From: a virus
Strand: one strand, 5' to 3'
Virus record (IMG/VR): IMGVR_UViG_3300044730_002015
Span: 32,001 to 96,000 of that record
Length of the DNA stretch: 64,000 nt
Shown in pieces: positions 8,209-16,784 of the stretch. Position 1 is the first letter of the stretch; the number at the start of each line of letters is the position of its first letter. Both the position numbers and the translations under genes were made by a program. The notes under the pieces are model-generated. The model was not told where the DNA came from. It ran no database searches and saw only the letters and a program-made list of their open reading frames with translations.

Positions 8209-8499
8209 TTAAGCGGGCTCTTGATCCCAATCCTCTTGGGCAGGTTCCTGAGGATGATTGTGATCCAGCAGCATGGCAAAATACTGCTGATAATGCGGAG
8301 TATAAGTTTCGATCAGTTTGTTCCAGTCCCGGCCAGCATTGACTCCGTTCACATGGGCCTGCACTACCTGCAGCCGTTTGAAGTCCAAGATAACTGCAGA
8401 TGACTGCAAATGGCTGGTTTTGATGCTGTTGCGAACTTCGCTGAGTTCATCTATGCGCCCATCGGCGCGTGTTACATATCGTACGATAAAGTATCTCAT
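8209..8499 (-). CDS. Hypothetical protein
   Basis: 96-aa ORF, ATGA-coupled to the clamp loader gene. Confidence 0.7.
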   Translation of the reverse strand: MRYFIVRYVTRADGRIDELSEVRNSIKTSHLQSSAVILDFKRLQVVQAHVNGVNAGRDWNKLIETYTPHYQQYFAMLLDHNHPQEPAQEDWDQEPA

Positions 8500-9413
8500 T
8501 TTTCTGTCAGTGTGATTAGTGTGGCTGCTAGATTGATTTCAGGGTCGGCTATGAATGCATGGTTGACCAGGCCATCGCGTATGGCCAAGACTGAATGATT
8601 GAATGCTTCATCGTCTTCGCCAAACAGTTCTATGTTGTCATACATCCAGGTATAGATGCTTTCATACTCACCAGCAGTGACATTGTTCAGTATGAGTTCT
8701 CTGGCCTGTTTATATTGCTGGCGCTTGAACAGTTCCACTGCCTGTGCCATGTAGTCGCCGGTGGCTGTGTCACTTGCGGGATTTTGTAGCACACCTCCAA
8801 CTGAACCCAACTGCACAGCATTGATAGATTTGCGCAGGTCGGGATAGTGTGCTGTGACATAACTGTCCAAGGTATCCAGTTCAAACTTCACGCTTTCCGA
8901 GAGCAGGATGGTGGCGATCCTGGCAGTGAGTTCGGTTTTGTCCAAGTCACGGATATGGAATCCTTGGCAACGACTGTGCAGTGCAGGTATCACTTTGTTG
9001 GGATAGTTACAGGTCAAGATAAAACGTGCTGTGCTGGCATATTCTTCCAACAAGCCACGCAACATGGCTTGACTGGCCTGGCTTAGATAGTCTGCTTCAT
9101 CCAACAGCACAACTTTGAATGCACCAAACGGCATGGTGCTCACAAAGTTCACCACCTTGTCACGCATGACTTCGATCTTGGTTTCGTTTGAAGCATTGAT
9201 CTGCATGACATCATATTCGTTGACTTCTAACTGATTGATCAAAATTTTGGCCAGTGTGGTTTTGCCTGTGCCCGGTGATCCCGAAAACAGCAGGTGTGGT
9301 ATGGCTCCATCTCGGATCCAGCCTTCCACCTGTGATTTTTGTGCTGCATCCATGAACACATAGTCGGCGGCTGTTGCGGGGCGATATTTTTCCACCCAGA
9401 GTCGATCAATCAT
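8496..9413 (-). CDS. Sliding-clamp loader AAA+ subunit (T4 gp44 / RFC small subunit-like)
   Basis: WVEKYRP, PHLLFSGSPGTGKTT, INAS, LLDEAD, FILTCN, SRC motifs. Confidence 0.93.
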   Translation of the reverse strand: MIDRLWVEKYRPATAADYVFMDAAQKSQVEGWIRDGAIPHLLFSGSPGTGKTTLAKILINQLEVNEYDVMQINASNETKIEVMRDKVVNFVSTMPFGAFKVVLLDEADYLSQASQAMLRGLLEEYASTARFILTCNYPNKVIPALHSRCQGFHIRDLDKTELTARIATILLSESVKFELDTLDSYVTAHYPDLRKSINAVQLGSVGGVLQNPASDTATGDYMAQAVELFKRQQYKQARELILNNVTAGEYESIYTWMYDNIELFGEDDEAFNHSVLAIRDGLVNHAFIADPEINLAATLITLTEK

Positions 9414-9437
9414 AAGTTTCCTTTGGCAATATCTAGT

Positions 9438-9466
9438 ACTTTAGCACTCAGTTGGGTCTGTGTCAA
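9438..9466 (-). promoter_or_regulatory. Sigma70-type early promoter for the clamp loader
   Basis: TTGACA-17 bp-TAAAGT with TGn extended -10. Confidence 0.7.
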
Positions 9467-9476
9467 TGACAATTGG

Positions 9477-9947
9477 TTATTGTTTGATGGTATTTTGTTG
9501 CGCTTCGGCCACACGCTTGCGAAGGCTAGAACTGCTAAAAGAGTGGTCGCGTTTGTTGAACACCAATTCAATGCCACGCTCGATACAGATCTTGCGACCA
9601 GTGAAGTCTTTGTCTTCGTACTCTACACCCAAGATCCTGACATCTATAGGCAAGGTCAGCAGGATGTCTTCCAAATCTTTTTCTGTTTGGTACACCACTA
9701 TTTCATCCACGAATCTCGTGGCTGACAACTGTATCTGACGTTCCACTATGCTCTGCACCGGTGGATTTTTGCTGTCGGGTCTATCGATAGTGGGATCGGT
9801 CTGCAGGCCTGCTATGAGATAGTCACAGTGATTTTTGGCTTCGGCCAGCATGGCTATGTGGCCGGCGTGCAAGAGATCAAAGGTACTGAATGTTATACCT
9901 ATCTTTTGTCCTGCGTCTTTTAATTCTCTCACTCGGTTGAATATCAT
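9477..9947 (-). CDS. Cytidylyltransferase (TagD/glycerol-3-phosphate CT-like)
   Basis: STFDLLHAGH, ER, RFVDE, SSSSLR motifs; start re-called at MIFNR (ATGA overlap). Confidence 0.85.
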   Translation of the reverse strand: MIFNRVRELKDAGQKIGITFSTFDLLHAGHIAMLAEAKNHCDYLIAGLQTDPTIDRPDSKNPPVQSIVERQIQLSATRFVDEIVVYQTEKDLEDILLTLPIDVRILGVEYEDKDFTGRKICIERGIELVFNKRDHSFSSSSLRKRVAEAQQNTIKQ

Positions 9948-10180
9948 TTGTTGTGTTGTTTTTTTAAAATGTGCAACATCCGTTGCTTTTCCCATTCTTC
10001 TTCGCCAGTGAATTTTGGCAAATTTTCATAGCGTTCATCTATAAAACACTTGATGTCATACAGATCTTTTTTGATATGGCTGGCGGTGAATCCGTCGTTG
10101 TAGGGACTGGCTATTTCGGCCATCATGCGACTGAGATCCAACCACACACGATTTTTATCCCAATCTATCTTATAGCCCAT
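9944..10180 (-). CDS. Hypothetical protein
   Basis: Coupled ORF; ATG start MGYKIDW. Confidence 0.65.
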   Translation of the reverse strand: MGYKIDWDKNRVWLDLSRMMAEIASPYNDGFTASHIKKDLYDIKCFIDERYENLPKFTGEEEWEKQRMLHILKKQHNK

Positions 10181-10577
10181 CTTTGGCAAAGTCGTTCACA
10201 GTGGTTTTCATATAGCGCCCATCTACAGCATCGCCCATGGTATCGTCCTGTGGCAGTTCATCGGCTACCAGCAGGATATCATTGGGATCAATGCGGCGTA
10301 TGGTTCTAGTGCCTTGGTGATCTTCAATCTCCAGGCCTCTGGTCCAACGACCGTGTGCTATACACACATACTCTCCCACACGAACACTGGTCTGTTCAGG
10401 ACCCACAGCATACACTCGGCCCCAGCGAGGACGTATGCCCGTGGCCTGTCCGTTGTCATTGGGCAGGATCAGGCCTCCGGTGGTGATGCGCTCACGGAAT
10501 TCCATGTCAGTGACGATCACATGATCTCTCAAGGCACGCAGGCTGGAGATTTTTATAGGTTCAAATGCTAGAGTCAT
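10170..10577 (-). CDS. groES: Co-chaperonin GroES/Cpn10 family protein
   Basis: LRALRDHVIV, TTGGLILP, GRVYAVGP, VRVGEYV, DILLV. Confidence 0.85.
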   Translation of the reverse strand: MTLAFEPIKISSLRALRDHVIVTDMEFRERITTGGLILPNDNGQATGIRPRWGRVYAVGPEQTSVRVGEYVCIAHGRWTRGLEIEDHQGTRTIRRIDPNDILLVADELPQDDTMGDAVDGRYMKTTVNDFAKDGL

Positions 10578-10984
10578 TGTTTTTTAGTTTCCTTGGTTTT
10601 TGCTATGGCTGCTGCCAGGCCTGTCACAGGTTTCGCAGGCTCCTCCTTGACGATTTCTACATCATCCTCGGCCACATCTTCAGGAAAGTCCACTGGCTCT
10701 TCTGGTACAGGTGCTGGCAATGGTTCTTTAGATTTAATGGCCTCTGCTGGCTTCTCTGCACGTGGCTTTTGTGCATTGGTTGGACGATTTTGTTTTTTCC
10801 CTTGTGTACTATATTGTTCAGCCAATTGCTGTTGCCTGGTTTTGACTACATTATTATTGCTGTCGATGATGTCTCCCCTGGCATTGACTTTTTGATTGCC
10901 GATAGCTCGGACATTTTCATTGGCCAATACCATTGAACCCATATCAATAGTTTTACCCATGGCTGTTCTATAAGTTTTGCTCAT
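10574..10984 (-). CDS. Hypothetical protein with low-complexity C-terminus
   Basis: 136-aa ORF with AGGAG RBS. Confidence 0.75.
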   Translation of the reverse strand: MSKTYRTAMGKTIDMGSMVLANENVRAIGNQKVNARGDIIDSNNNVVKTRQQQLAEQYSTQGKKQNRPTNAQKPRAEKPAEAIKSKEPLPAPVPEEPVDFPEDVAEDDVEIVKEEPAKPVTGLAAAIAKTKETKKQ

Positions 10985-11002
10985 GATAGTTTTTCTCTCC
11001 TT

Positions 11003-11497
11003 TTATCGCAGAAATTCTGCGATATCTAAATCATACTCAAGACTATTTACACGATGTACACCCATGAGATAAAGAACAAAGCTGGCTACCGATGAGCCGC
11101 GGCCCACACCGTATATGATACGGTTGGCACGCATGACATCTACCAAGTATTTCAAGTAGCACAGCAAGGGAAAAAGATCTCGATCAAAATACATCAATAG
11201 TTCTTGTCCAGCACGCTGTCTTTCGGCATCGCAGGTGCAGAGATCCAAAACATATTGCGCGATATCCAATGTTCTATATTCTTCGGGCATGAGCCAGTGC
11301 TGTTGTGCCTGTTTATCCCAAAGATCTACAGGTACTGATATGTCAGTTGCTGTTTCAAATGTCAGGCCTAGATCTAAGCCATCTTGGCAAATAAAATCTA
11401 CCAGCACATGACCTAGATCAAGATCGGGATTTCTTTTAAGTGCTTGGATCAGATCTGATTCACTGTATACGAATCTGCCTACTGCATCAACTTTCAT
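11003..11497 (-). CDS. dnaE: DNA polymerase III alpha (DnaE) partial subunit of a split C-family polymerase
   Basis: ERQRAGQEL, YLVDVMR, GVGRGSSVASFVLYLMGVHRVNSLEYDLDIAEFLR matches the DnaE GRGS palm region; start re-called at MKVDAV. Confidence 0.8.
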   Translation of the reverse strand: MKVDAVGRFVYSESDLIQALKRNPDLDLGHVLVDFICQDGLDLGLTFETATDISVPVDLWDKQAQQHWLMPEEYRTLDIAQYVLDLCTCDAERQRAGQELLMYFDRDLFPLLCYLKYLVDVMRANRIIYGVGRGSSVASFVLYLMGVHRVNSLEYDLDIAEFLR

Positions 11498-12083
11498 TTT
11501 TGGTGAACTGTAGTATTTTGCTAACGGATTCAGATTTACCTTCATCGTCATCAAAGTGTAGATCTAGATCTCTCCAGGATTCCATGGGTTTGAGTTTAAC
11601 TATTTTACCACCAACATCTGTGAAATTACAGTAGTTAGGTGAATTTTCCACCCACCAACCGGTATCGTGGTCCAGAGATCCCGTGCTTTCATTTTCGTTG
11701 TGTAGATAGTGTACCCACTGTCCTTGGTTAGAGGCGATGCCGACATCCGTGACGATCAATGCTGTTTCTGCAATGGTGTTGAGTTTGAGATATATGGCTA
11801 TGCCCACTATCTGATCATAGCACTCATCGGGCAAGTCGATTACTCGGATGCCTTGGCTCTGCAGTGCTGAAATGCGATCCTTCTTAGAAGAATCTACCAA
11901 CACTGCACCGTCTAACACGTGATCAAAAAAATGTCTCCAACGATCAATGGCTATGTTCTGTGCTAGGGAATCTACTGTGTTGGTATAAAACTCTAGGCTA
12001 CAGGCCATTTCCTGTATGCAAAATTGATCGTTGAGAAAAATTCCTACATTGAAGGCATAACTCTTTTTCAGTCTTACATTCAT
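11487..12083 (-). CDS. Hypothetical phage protein
   Basis: 198-aa coupled ORF. Confidence 0.75.
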   Translation of the reverse strand: MNVRLKKSYAFNVGIFLNDQFCIQEMACSLEFYTNTVDSLAQNIAIDRWRHFFDHVLDGAVLVDSSKKDRISALQSQGIRVIDLPDECYDQIVGIAIYLKLNTIAETALIVTDVGIASNQGQWVHYLHNENESTGSLDHDTGWWVENSPNYCNFTDVGGKIVKLKPMESWRDLDLHFDDDEGKSESVSKILQFTKNES

Positions 12084-12328
12084 GAAATATCAATCACAGT
12101 ATTGTAGTTGTTGGTGTTGCCTGAGTTGTTGCCGTACTTGGCATCCAGTTTGGTTTGCAGTATCTGCTTGTGACTTTCAATGGCCATGAATATCTGATTG
12201 GCCATGTGATTGTTGCGTGCGGTCTGGGCGTACTTGACTCGTTGATAGAGCCCCGAAATAATTTTTTCCATTTCTTCTATGCTTTTATCAGCATAGGCGG
12301 CAGGATCAATAAACGGGTGCTCCATCAT
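12080..12328 (-). CDS. Hypothetical protein
   Basis: 82-aa coupled ORF. Confidence 0.7.
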   Translation of the reverse strand: MMEHPFIDPAAYADKSIEEMEKIISGLYQRVKYAQTARNNHMANQIFMAIESHKQILQTKLDAKYGNNSGNTNNYNTVIDIS

Positions 12329-12339
12329 GGTCAGTGGCT

Positions 12340-12531
12340 TTACTTGGCCTTGGCTTCTTTACGTGCGTTTTTTTCTGCTGTGATTTCGTTGCGACGCAGT
12401 TTTATGGCCTTGGCTGCTTCGGCCAGGGCCTTACGAGCACGGGTACCTGCAGCCGAGTTACCGGATTCAAATTTGGCATCTTCTGCTTCCCAGGCTTTGA
12501 CAGCGTCAAGAATGGCTTGTTTGGTTGACAT
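12340..12531 (-). CDS. Histone H1-like Hc1-family DNA-binding protein
   Basis: KFESGNSAAGTRARKAL...RRNEI motif, Lys/Ala-rich; strong RBS. Confidence 0.75.
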   Translation of the reverse strand: MSTKQAILDAVKAWEAEDAKFESGNSAAGTRARKALAEAAKAIKLRRNEITAEKNARKEAKAK

Positions 12532-12562
12532 ATGTAATTCTCCTTTACAGTATTAGTTAGCA

Positions 12563-13006
12563 TTATAAATCACCTGGCTGACGATTTTCTGAGTACCATG
12601 CTTGGAATTCGCCACCAGGATAACGGTTCTTGAGTTTTTCAATATTTTCAGCTATGACATCATTGGGGTTGAGGTTGAGTGCTCGGCAGGCATTGACCCA
12701 GTACCACATGATATCACCTAATTCGCGTTTCATGTGATATAGATTCACTTCATCCAGGTTCTTGCCTTGGAAAAAGATCTTCTTGGGGATTTCACAAAAT
12801 TCGCCAGATTCTGCTGCCAGTCCCAAACAGGCTGTGAGCAGCAGCGAAACGTTCACATCTGGGCCGTGTCTGGGACCGGTGTCATCAAATGTTTCATAGT
12901 TGCCATCCACACGATCCAGTCGGTTCATGAAAGTGGTCAAATCATTGGATTCGGCGCTGGTCACTTGCCGTACAAATTCTGAATACTTGTCAAGATCAAT
13001 CTGCAT
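12563..13006 (-). CDS. mazG: MazG-like nucleotide pyrophosphohydrolase
   Basis: LGLAAESGEFCEIPKK, RELGDIMWY, NIEKLKNRYP. Confidence 0.9.
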   Translation of the reverse strand: MQIDLDKYSEFVRQVTSAESNDLTTFMNRLDRVDGNYETFDDTGPRHGPDVNVSLLLTACLGLAAESGEFCEIPKKIFFQGKNLDEVNLYHMKRELGDIMWYWVNACRALNLNPNDVIAENIEKLKNRYPGGEFQAWYSENRQPGDL

Positions 13007-13012
13007 AGAGAA

Positions 13013-13053
13013 ACTCCTTTGTCACAGTATAGCATCTGCAGCAAAGGAGTCAA
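13013..13053 (-). promoter_or_regulatory. Sigma70-type promoter nested in an RBS-sequestering inverted repeat
   Basis: TTGACT-16 bp-TATACT with TGn; ACTCCTTTG (13013-13021) / CAAAGGAGT (13042-13050). Confidence 0.7.
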
Positions 13054-13084
13054 GAGATTTTGGATCTTTAGATCACTAAACGGT

Positions 13085-14332
13085 TTAAGGAATATTCCAG
13101 GAAGTGCTGCCGGTTATGGTGTGGCGCACATACGCTCCGGGATTGTCAGTGATCACCGGCCCAGCTGGGCTAAATGACCCGCGTTGGGTACCACCTGGAT
13201 ATTGTAGCACTACCACACCCGATCCACCGGATCCACCTAATCCTCCCCCTGTGTTCACGGAAGGTCGGGTAGCCGCGGGGCTGGGCCCAGGACCTCGGCT
13301 ATTACCTGATCCACCTCCACCTCCACCGGTGTTGGCTGTACCTGAGGTGGCTGGCGCACTCAGTCTATCTGATAAGTTGGTAGGAGTTGAACCAAAAAGT
13401 GCCCCGGAACCGCCCGCTCCGCCACCACCTAATCCGCCGGCACCTCCTTGGTAGCCTTGGCGAGTGGGCGCGGCACCGCCTCCGCCACCTCCACCACCGT
13501 AATAGGAGCCGGTCAAAGGAGAAAAGAAACCACGTCCACCAAAACCGCCTTCGTTGACAAATGACGGCGGATTATAACGACCGCCCCCGCCTGCTCCCGG
13601 CCTAGGCGATGTTGTATTACTTGCACCTCCGCCACCCCCACCGCTGGTCATTGGAAGCCAATACCAACTGGTTGGTTGGCTTGGAGGAAAAGAACTTATT
13701 TGAACTCTTGGAGCTACCCCACCTGGGCCACCGGGATTTCCACCAGGTGCACCGATGCGCGAATTTCCTGCTACAGAATTACTTGCTGGATAGGTCGGGC
13801 TGCGTATTGTAGCAGGCCAGAATTGAGGCGTAGGCGGCCTTTGTATTGATGACGAAACTCCGCCACCCCCGCCGCTACTTGTTGGAATGAACTGGGGTTG
13901 GTTAATTGCTCCTGGAATGCCTTTGCTGGTATTAGAACTTAAAGTTCCATTGGTTCCCCAACCACGACCACCTCCTCCTCCTCCGCCATAAGCAACCAAT
14001 GATGTGCCAACAAAAGTATTTGACCCCGGAGATCCGTCGGTTAAAAGAGCAGGCGAGGCCGGATCAGATGTTTGTGAACCGCCCAAGCCACCAGCACCAA
14101 TGGTTATGGCCACCGATCCCGGACCAGCAAAATTTAACACACCTGTGACAACTCCACCACCACCACCACCACCGCCCCCGCGCTGGCCACCACCACCACC
14201 GCCACCAACCATTAGATAAGTGACATCTGCAGGACTAGGACTAGGACTAGGACTAGGCGAAGGTGGAGCCGGTACAGGCTCCCCGCCGATGAATATCGAA
14301 GTACCTTTAATTTTTACCTTGTTTAATTTCAT
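13085..14332 (-). CDS. Gly/Pro-rich adhesin-like virion protein (polyglycine repeats)
   Basis: YLMVGGGGGGG ... GGSGGSGVVVLQYP ... HTIT frame; PSPSPSPSP linker. Confidence 0.75.
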   Translation of the reverse strand: MKLNKVKIKGTSIFIGGEPVPAPPSPSPSPSPSPADVTYLMVGGGGGGGQRGGGGGGGGGVVTGVLNFAGPGSVAITIGAGGLGGSQTSDPASPALLTDGSPGSNTFVGTSLVAYGGGGGGGRGWGTNGTLSSNTSKGIPGAINQPQFIPTSSGGGGGVSSSIQRPPTPQFWPATIRSPTYPASNSVAGNSRIGAPGGNPGGPGGVAPRVQISSFPPSQPTSWYWLPMTSGGGGGGASNTTSPRPGAGGGGRYNPPSFVNEGGFGGRGFFSPLTGSYYGGGGGGGGAAPTRQGYQGGAGGLGGGGAGGSGALFGSTPTNLSDRLSAPATSGTANTGGGGGGSGNSRGPGPSPAATRPSVNTGGGLGGSGGSGVVVLQYPGGTQRGSFSPAGPVITDNPGAYVRHTITGSTSWNIP

Positions 14333-14338
14333 ATTCGT

Positions 14339-14638
14339 TTATGATATACTTGTGACAGTGAAAGTACCAGGTGATGTAAAGGTATGATACGTATAACCGC
14401 CTGCACTGGTAATTGTTCCATCTGTGGCTTTGGTACTACCAGGGTATCTAACTATCACTGTACCCGAACCCCCAGACGCACCCGAAGTGGGCGTAGTACC
14501 AATTCCGCCACCGCCACCACCGCCACCAGCGCCATCATAGGCTCCACCGCCGGCAACCACAATATAATCTATTGCAAGATGTGGTTCGTCTATGTTGGTG
14601 ACGTTGAAATTTACTAGATTCATTCCTTGGATAATCAT
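14339..14638 (-). CDS. Miniature Gly-rich adhesin paralog
   Basis: N- and C-terminal parts align with 28285-29157 but the central ~190 aa are absent. Confidence 0.7.
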   Translation of the reverse strand: MIIQGMNLVNFNVTNIDEPHLAIDYIVVAGGGAYDGAGGGGGGGGIGTTPTSGASGGSGTVIVRYPGSTKATDGTITSAGGYTYHTFTSPGTFTVTSIS

Positions 14639-14694
14639 ATGCCTATTCTATAATATACCTTATTTATTGCTTATAAACCCAGGGAAGATTTGTA

Positions 14695-14730
14695 GGAAAA
14701 TCTGCCCTAGCCAATATGGCAAGGCAGATT
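14695..14730 (-). terminator. Intrinsic terminator after the modification gene block
   Basis: AATCTGCC/GGCAGATT outer stem, GCCA/TGGC inner stem, short U tail on minus. Confidence 0.55.
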
Positions 14731-14756
14731 GTTTCGTTGTGATACTGCGGTGTTGC

Positions 14757-15590
14757 CTACTCTAGGCCCATCTCGCGGCGTATTTTTGTGGCCGAAATAG
14801 CGTGTGTGGCTTCGTCGAATGACTCTTGCTCGATTCGATAGCCTACATCACGTCCGTAGGTGATGTTCACTATGTTGGGCACCAGGATGATTTCGTACTG
14901 TCCTTGATAAACAGGATCTAGATCACGGCGTATAAGTGATTTGACCTGCTCGGCAGCAAAAGGATTGGAGCCTTGCCAGCCCTGGCAGTCACGGATCATG
15001 ATTGCAACCTGACCGGTCTTGGCTATGGCACGCTCAAACAAGGCCCTATGGCCCGCATGCCAAGGCTGCCAGCGACCCAGCATCTGCACAGTTTCTCGCT
15101 GCCAGTCGAACGTGGGCCTGCGACGGTTTTCCAAGATATGGCTGCCCACGAACTCTGCCCACTTTTCTGCTGCCTGTTCAGTGATGCGGAAGTCGTAGAC
15201 TTCGGGTGGGGTGAAAACTTTGTTGGTGTCTTCAAAGCGACCTTTTTCAATGGTGTCAATCCATATGGTCCAATCGGCCTTGAAGTTGTTGCGCATCTCG
15301 GGCAAGGGTGCCACGAAATCCACTATCACAAAATCATTCAAGAATGAATCTGCTAACTCGCGCATACGCAGACTCTGGCGTATGCGTCCTTCGTGTGAGA
15401 AATCCCAGTCATTGTATTTTTTGCGCACATCGTCCGCGTTAATCCATTTGACCTGCGCACGGCTAGCACTGATGTTTTCAGCGTCGGTGTGATACAGATC
15501 GCTGTGTTGTTCCAAATAAGTTTTGAGTCGTTCAGCAAAGTAGGTCTTGCCCGCACCGGGCAAGCCCATGATCAAGATTCTCTGTGCCAT
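14757..15590 (-). CDS. Adenylylsulfate-kinase-like domain fused to HxGH nucleotidyltransferase domain
   Basis: GLPGAGKT, NADDVR, DFSHEGRIRQ, FVAP, FTPP (CysC-like); GRWQPWHAGH, NPF, ISATKIR (HIGH superfamily). Confidence 0.8.
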   Translation of the reverse strand: MAQRILIMGLPGAGKTYFAERLKTYLEQHSDLYHTDAENISASRAQVKWINADDVRKKYNDWDFSHEGRIRQSLRMRELADSFLNDFVIVDFVAPLPEMRNNFKADWTIWIDTIEKGRFEDTNKVFTPPEVYDFRITEQAAEKWAEFVGSHILENRRRPTFDWQRETVQMLGRWQPWHAGHRALFERAIAKTGQVAIMIRDCQGWQGSNPFAAEQVKSLIRRDLDPVYQGQYEIILVPNIVNITYGRDVGYRIEQESFDEATHAISATKIRREMGLE

Positions 15591-15605
15591 GTTGAGTTGG
15601 GTTGA

Positions 15606-15812
15606 TTAGTTTACGATTTGACCTGCAGAGTCTGCAGTTTGATCATTGGCTGCATCTGTTGCTTCTGCTGGAGCCTGCTCAGGGATCTGAGGACGCACCT
15701 GCTCAATGATGTCACGGATCACTGGGCCAAAGCCAGTTTTGATCGGCAGTTCATTGAGTGCTGTCAAGATAGCATTCAGTTGATCTACGGTTAATTTTAC
15801 GGTTACTTCCAT
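15606..15812 (-). CDS. Small hypothetical protein
   Basis: AAGGAG RBS; CTAAGTA motif at 15839-15845. Confidence 0.7.
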   Translation of the reverse strand: MEVTVKLTVDQLNAILTALNELPIKTGFGPVIRDIIEQVRPQIPEQAPAEATDAANDQTADSAGQIVN

Positions 15813-15845
15813 GGACTTCTCCTTGTGGTATAATACTGTACTTAG

Positions 15846-16784
15846 TTAGATAAAAGTAGGTCCCGAATCTTTTGCGTCATCGATCACTTCGCCGAAGAAA
15901 GTCTGTTTGGGCCGAGTGCTGTTACGTGGATGATCTAGATTCTCTTCGTTCAATGGCACATCATCTATTTCACGCCAGAATTCTTGGCCGGCCACTGCAT
16001 CTAATATTTCTTTAGGCAGCACATCTTCGGGATAACTGGCAGTGGATTTCAGCACTTTTCTCACAGCGTGCATGTCTTCAAAGCCATAAACATCTGCATC
16101 ATTTTCCTGATGTATGTTCACTAGATTTTCAAAGTCATGCTCATAGTATGTTTCACCCAAGAAGTCATAAACTTTTTGCATGGTCTCCCTAGGATCAGTG
16201 ACCAAATCTCGATATTCGATAAAGTGTATGTTGGCACGATATCCTTCGGCAAGGGCTTTTTTCAAGCCATCAAAGGACTGGCCCAAGATGCCAGGACCGG
16301 CTATGGCCCTGCAGCGATTCTCGTCATTGAGGGCTATGCCCGATCGTATCAGCATCTGATCCACAAAGTTTATGCGCTCGTTTACTATGTGCGGATTGCG
16401 ATGTATCATGGATATAAAAGACGCCAAGATCTCTGCCACATCACGCACAGGGTACAGCACTTTAGGATGCTCAATACCAAAGTATCCAGGAATGTAGTTC
16501 ATGCGATTGACCCAACTGCGATTCTTTTCAAACACCACAGGTCGGTCTGTGTCAGCATAATACTGATCTATCACAGAAGCGATAAGTTTTTGTCCAAAAT
16601 CATATTTGGGAAATGCCAAAAACAACTCGTCTTGGTTCAGTGCTTCTTCCAACAGCAGCATGGTTGGCACCACTGGTGAACTGGGTCCTGAATAAAATCT
16701 GGGATTCTGATTCAGTATGGCCGACAGCATGGTGCTGCCACTGCGTGGCAGGCCCGACATAAAATAATACTTTTTCTTGGTCAT
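15846..16784 (-). CDS. PAPS-dependent sulfotransferase family protein
   Basis: 5'-PSB motif SGLPRSGSTML, ILNQNP, 3'-PB VRD...S, YRDLVTDP...VYDFLG. Confidence 0.88.
   Translation of the reverse strand: MTKKKYYFMSGLPRSGSTMLSAILNQNPRFYSGPSSPVVPTMLLLEEALNQDELFLAFPKYDFGQKLIASVIDQYYADTDRPVVFEKNRSWVNRMNYIPGYFGIEHPKVLYPVRDVAEILASFISMIHRNPHIVNERINFVDQMLIRSGIALNDENRCRAIAGPGILGQSFDGLKKALAEGYRANIHFIEYRDLVTDPRETMQKVYDFLGETYYEHDFENLVNIHQENDADVYGFEDMHAVRKVLKSTASYPEDVLPKEILDAVAGQEFWREIDDVPLNEENLDHPRNSTRPKQTFFGEVIDDAKDSGPTFI

Noticed and set aside
3749-8279. Longer upstream starts in the ORF track (4534, 7659, 8279; likewise 2624, 9995, 11554, 29220, 62831)
   Set aside because: They overlap upstream genes or promoter regions; downstream starts with an RBS or stop-start coupling fit better
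11003-11497. Split intein in the DnaE fragment
   Set aside because: The protein ends in DnaE sequence with no N-intein (C/S-initiated Hint) segment
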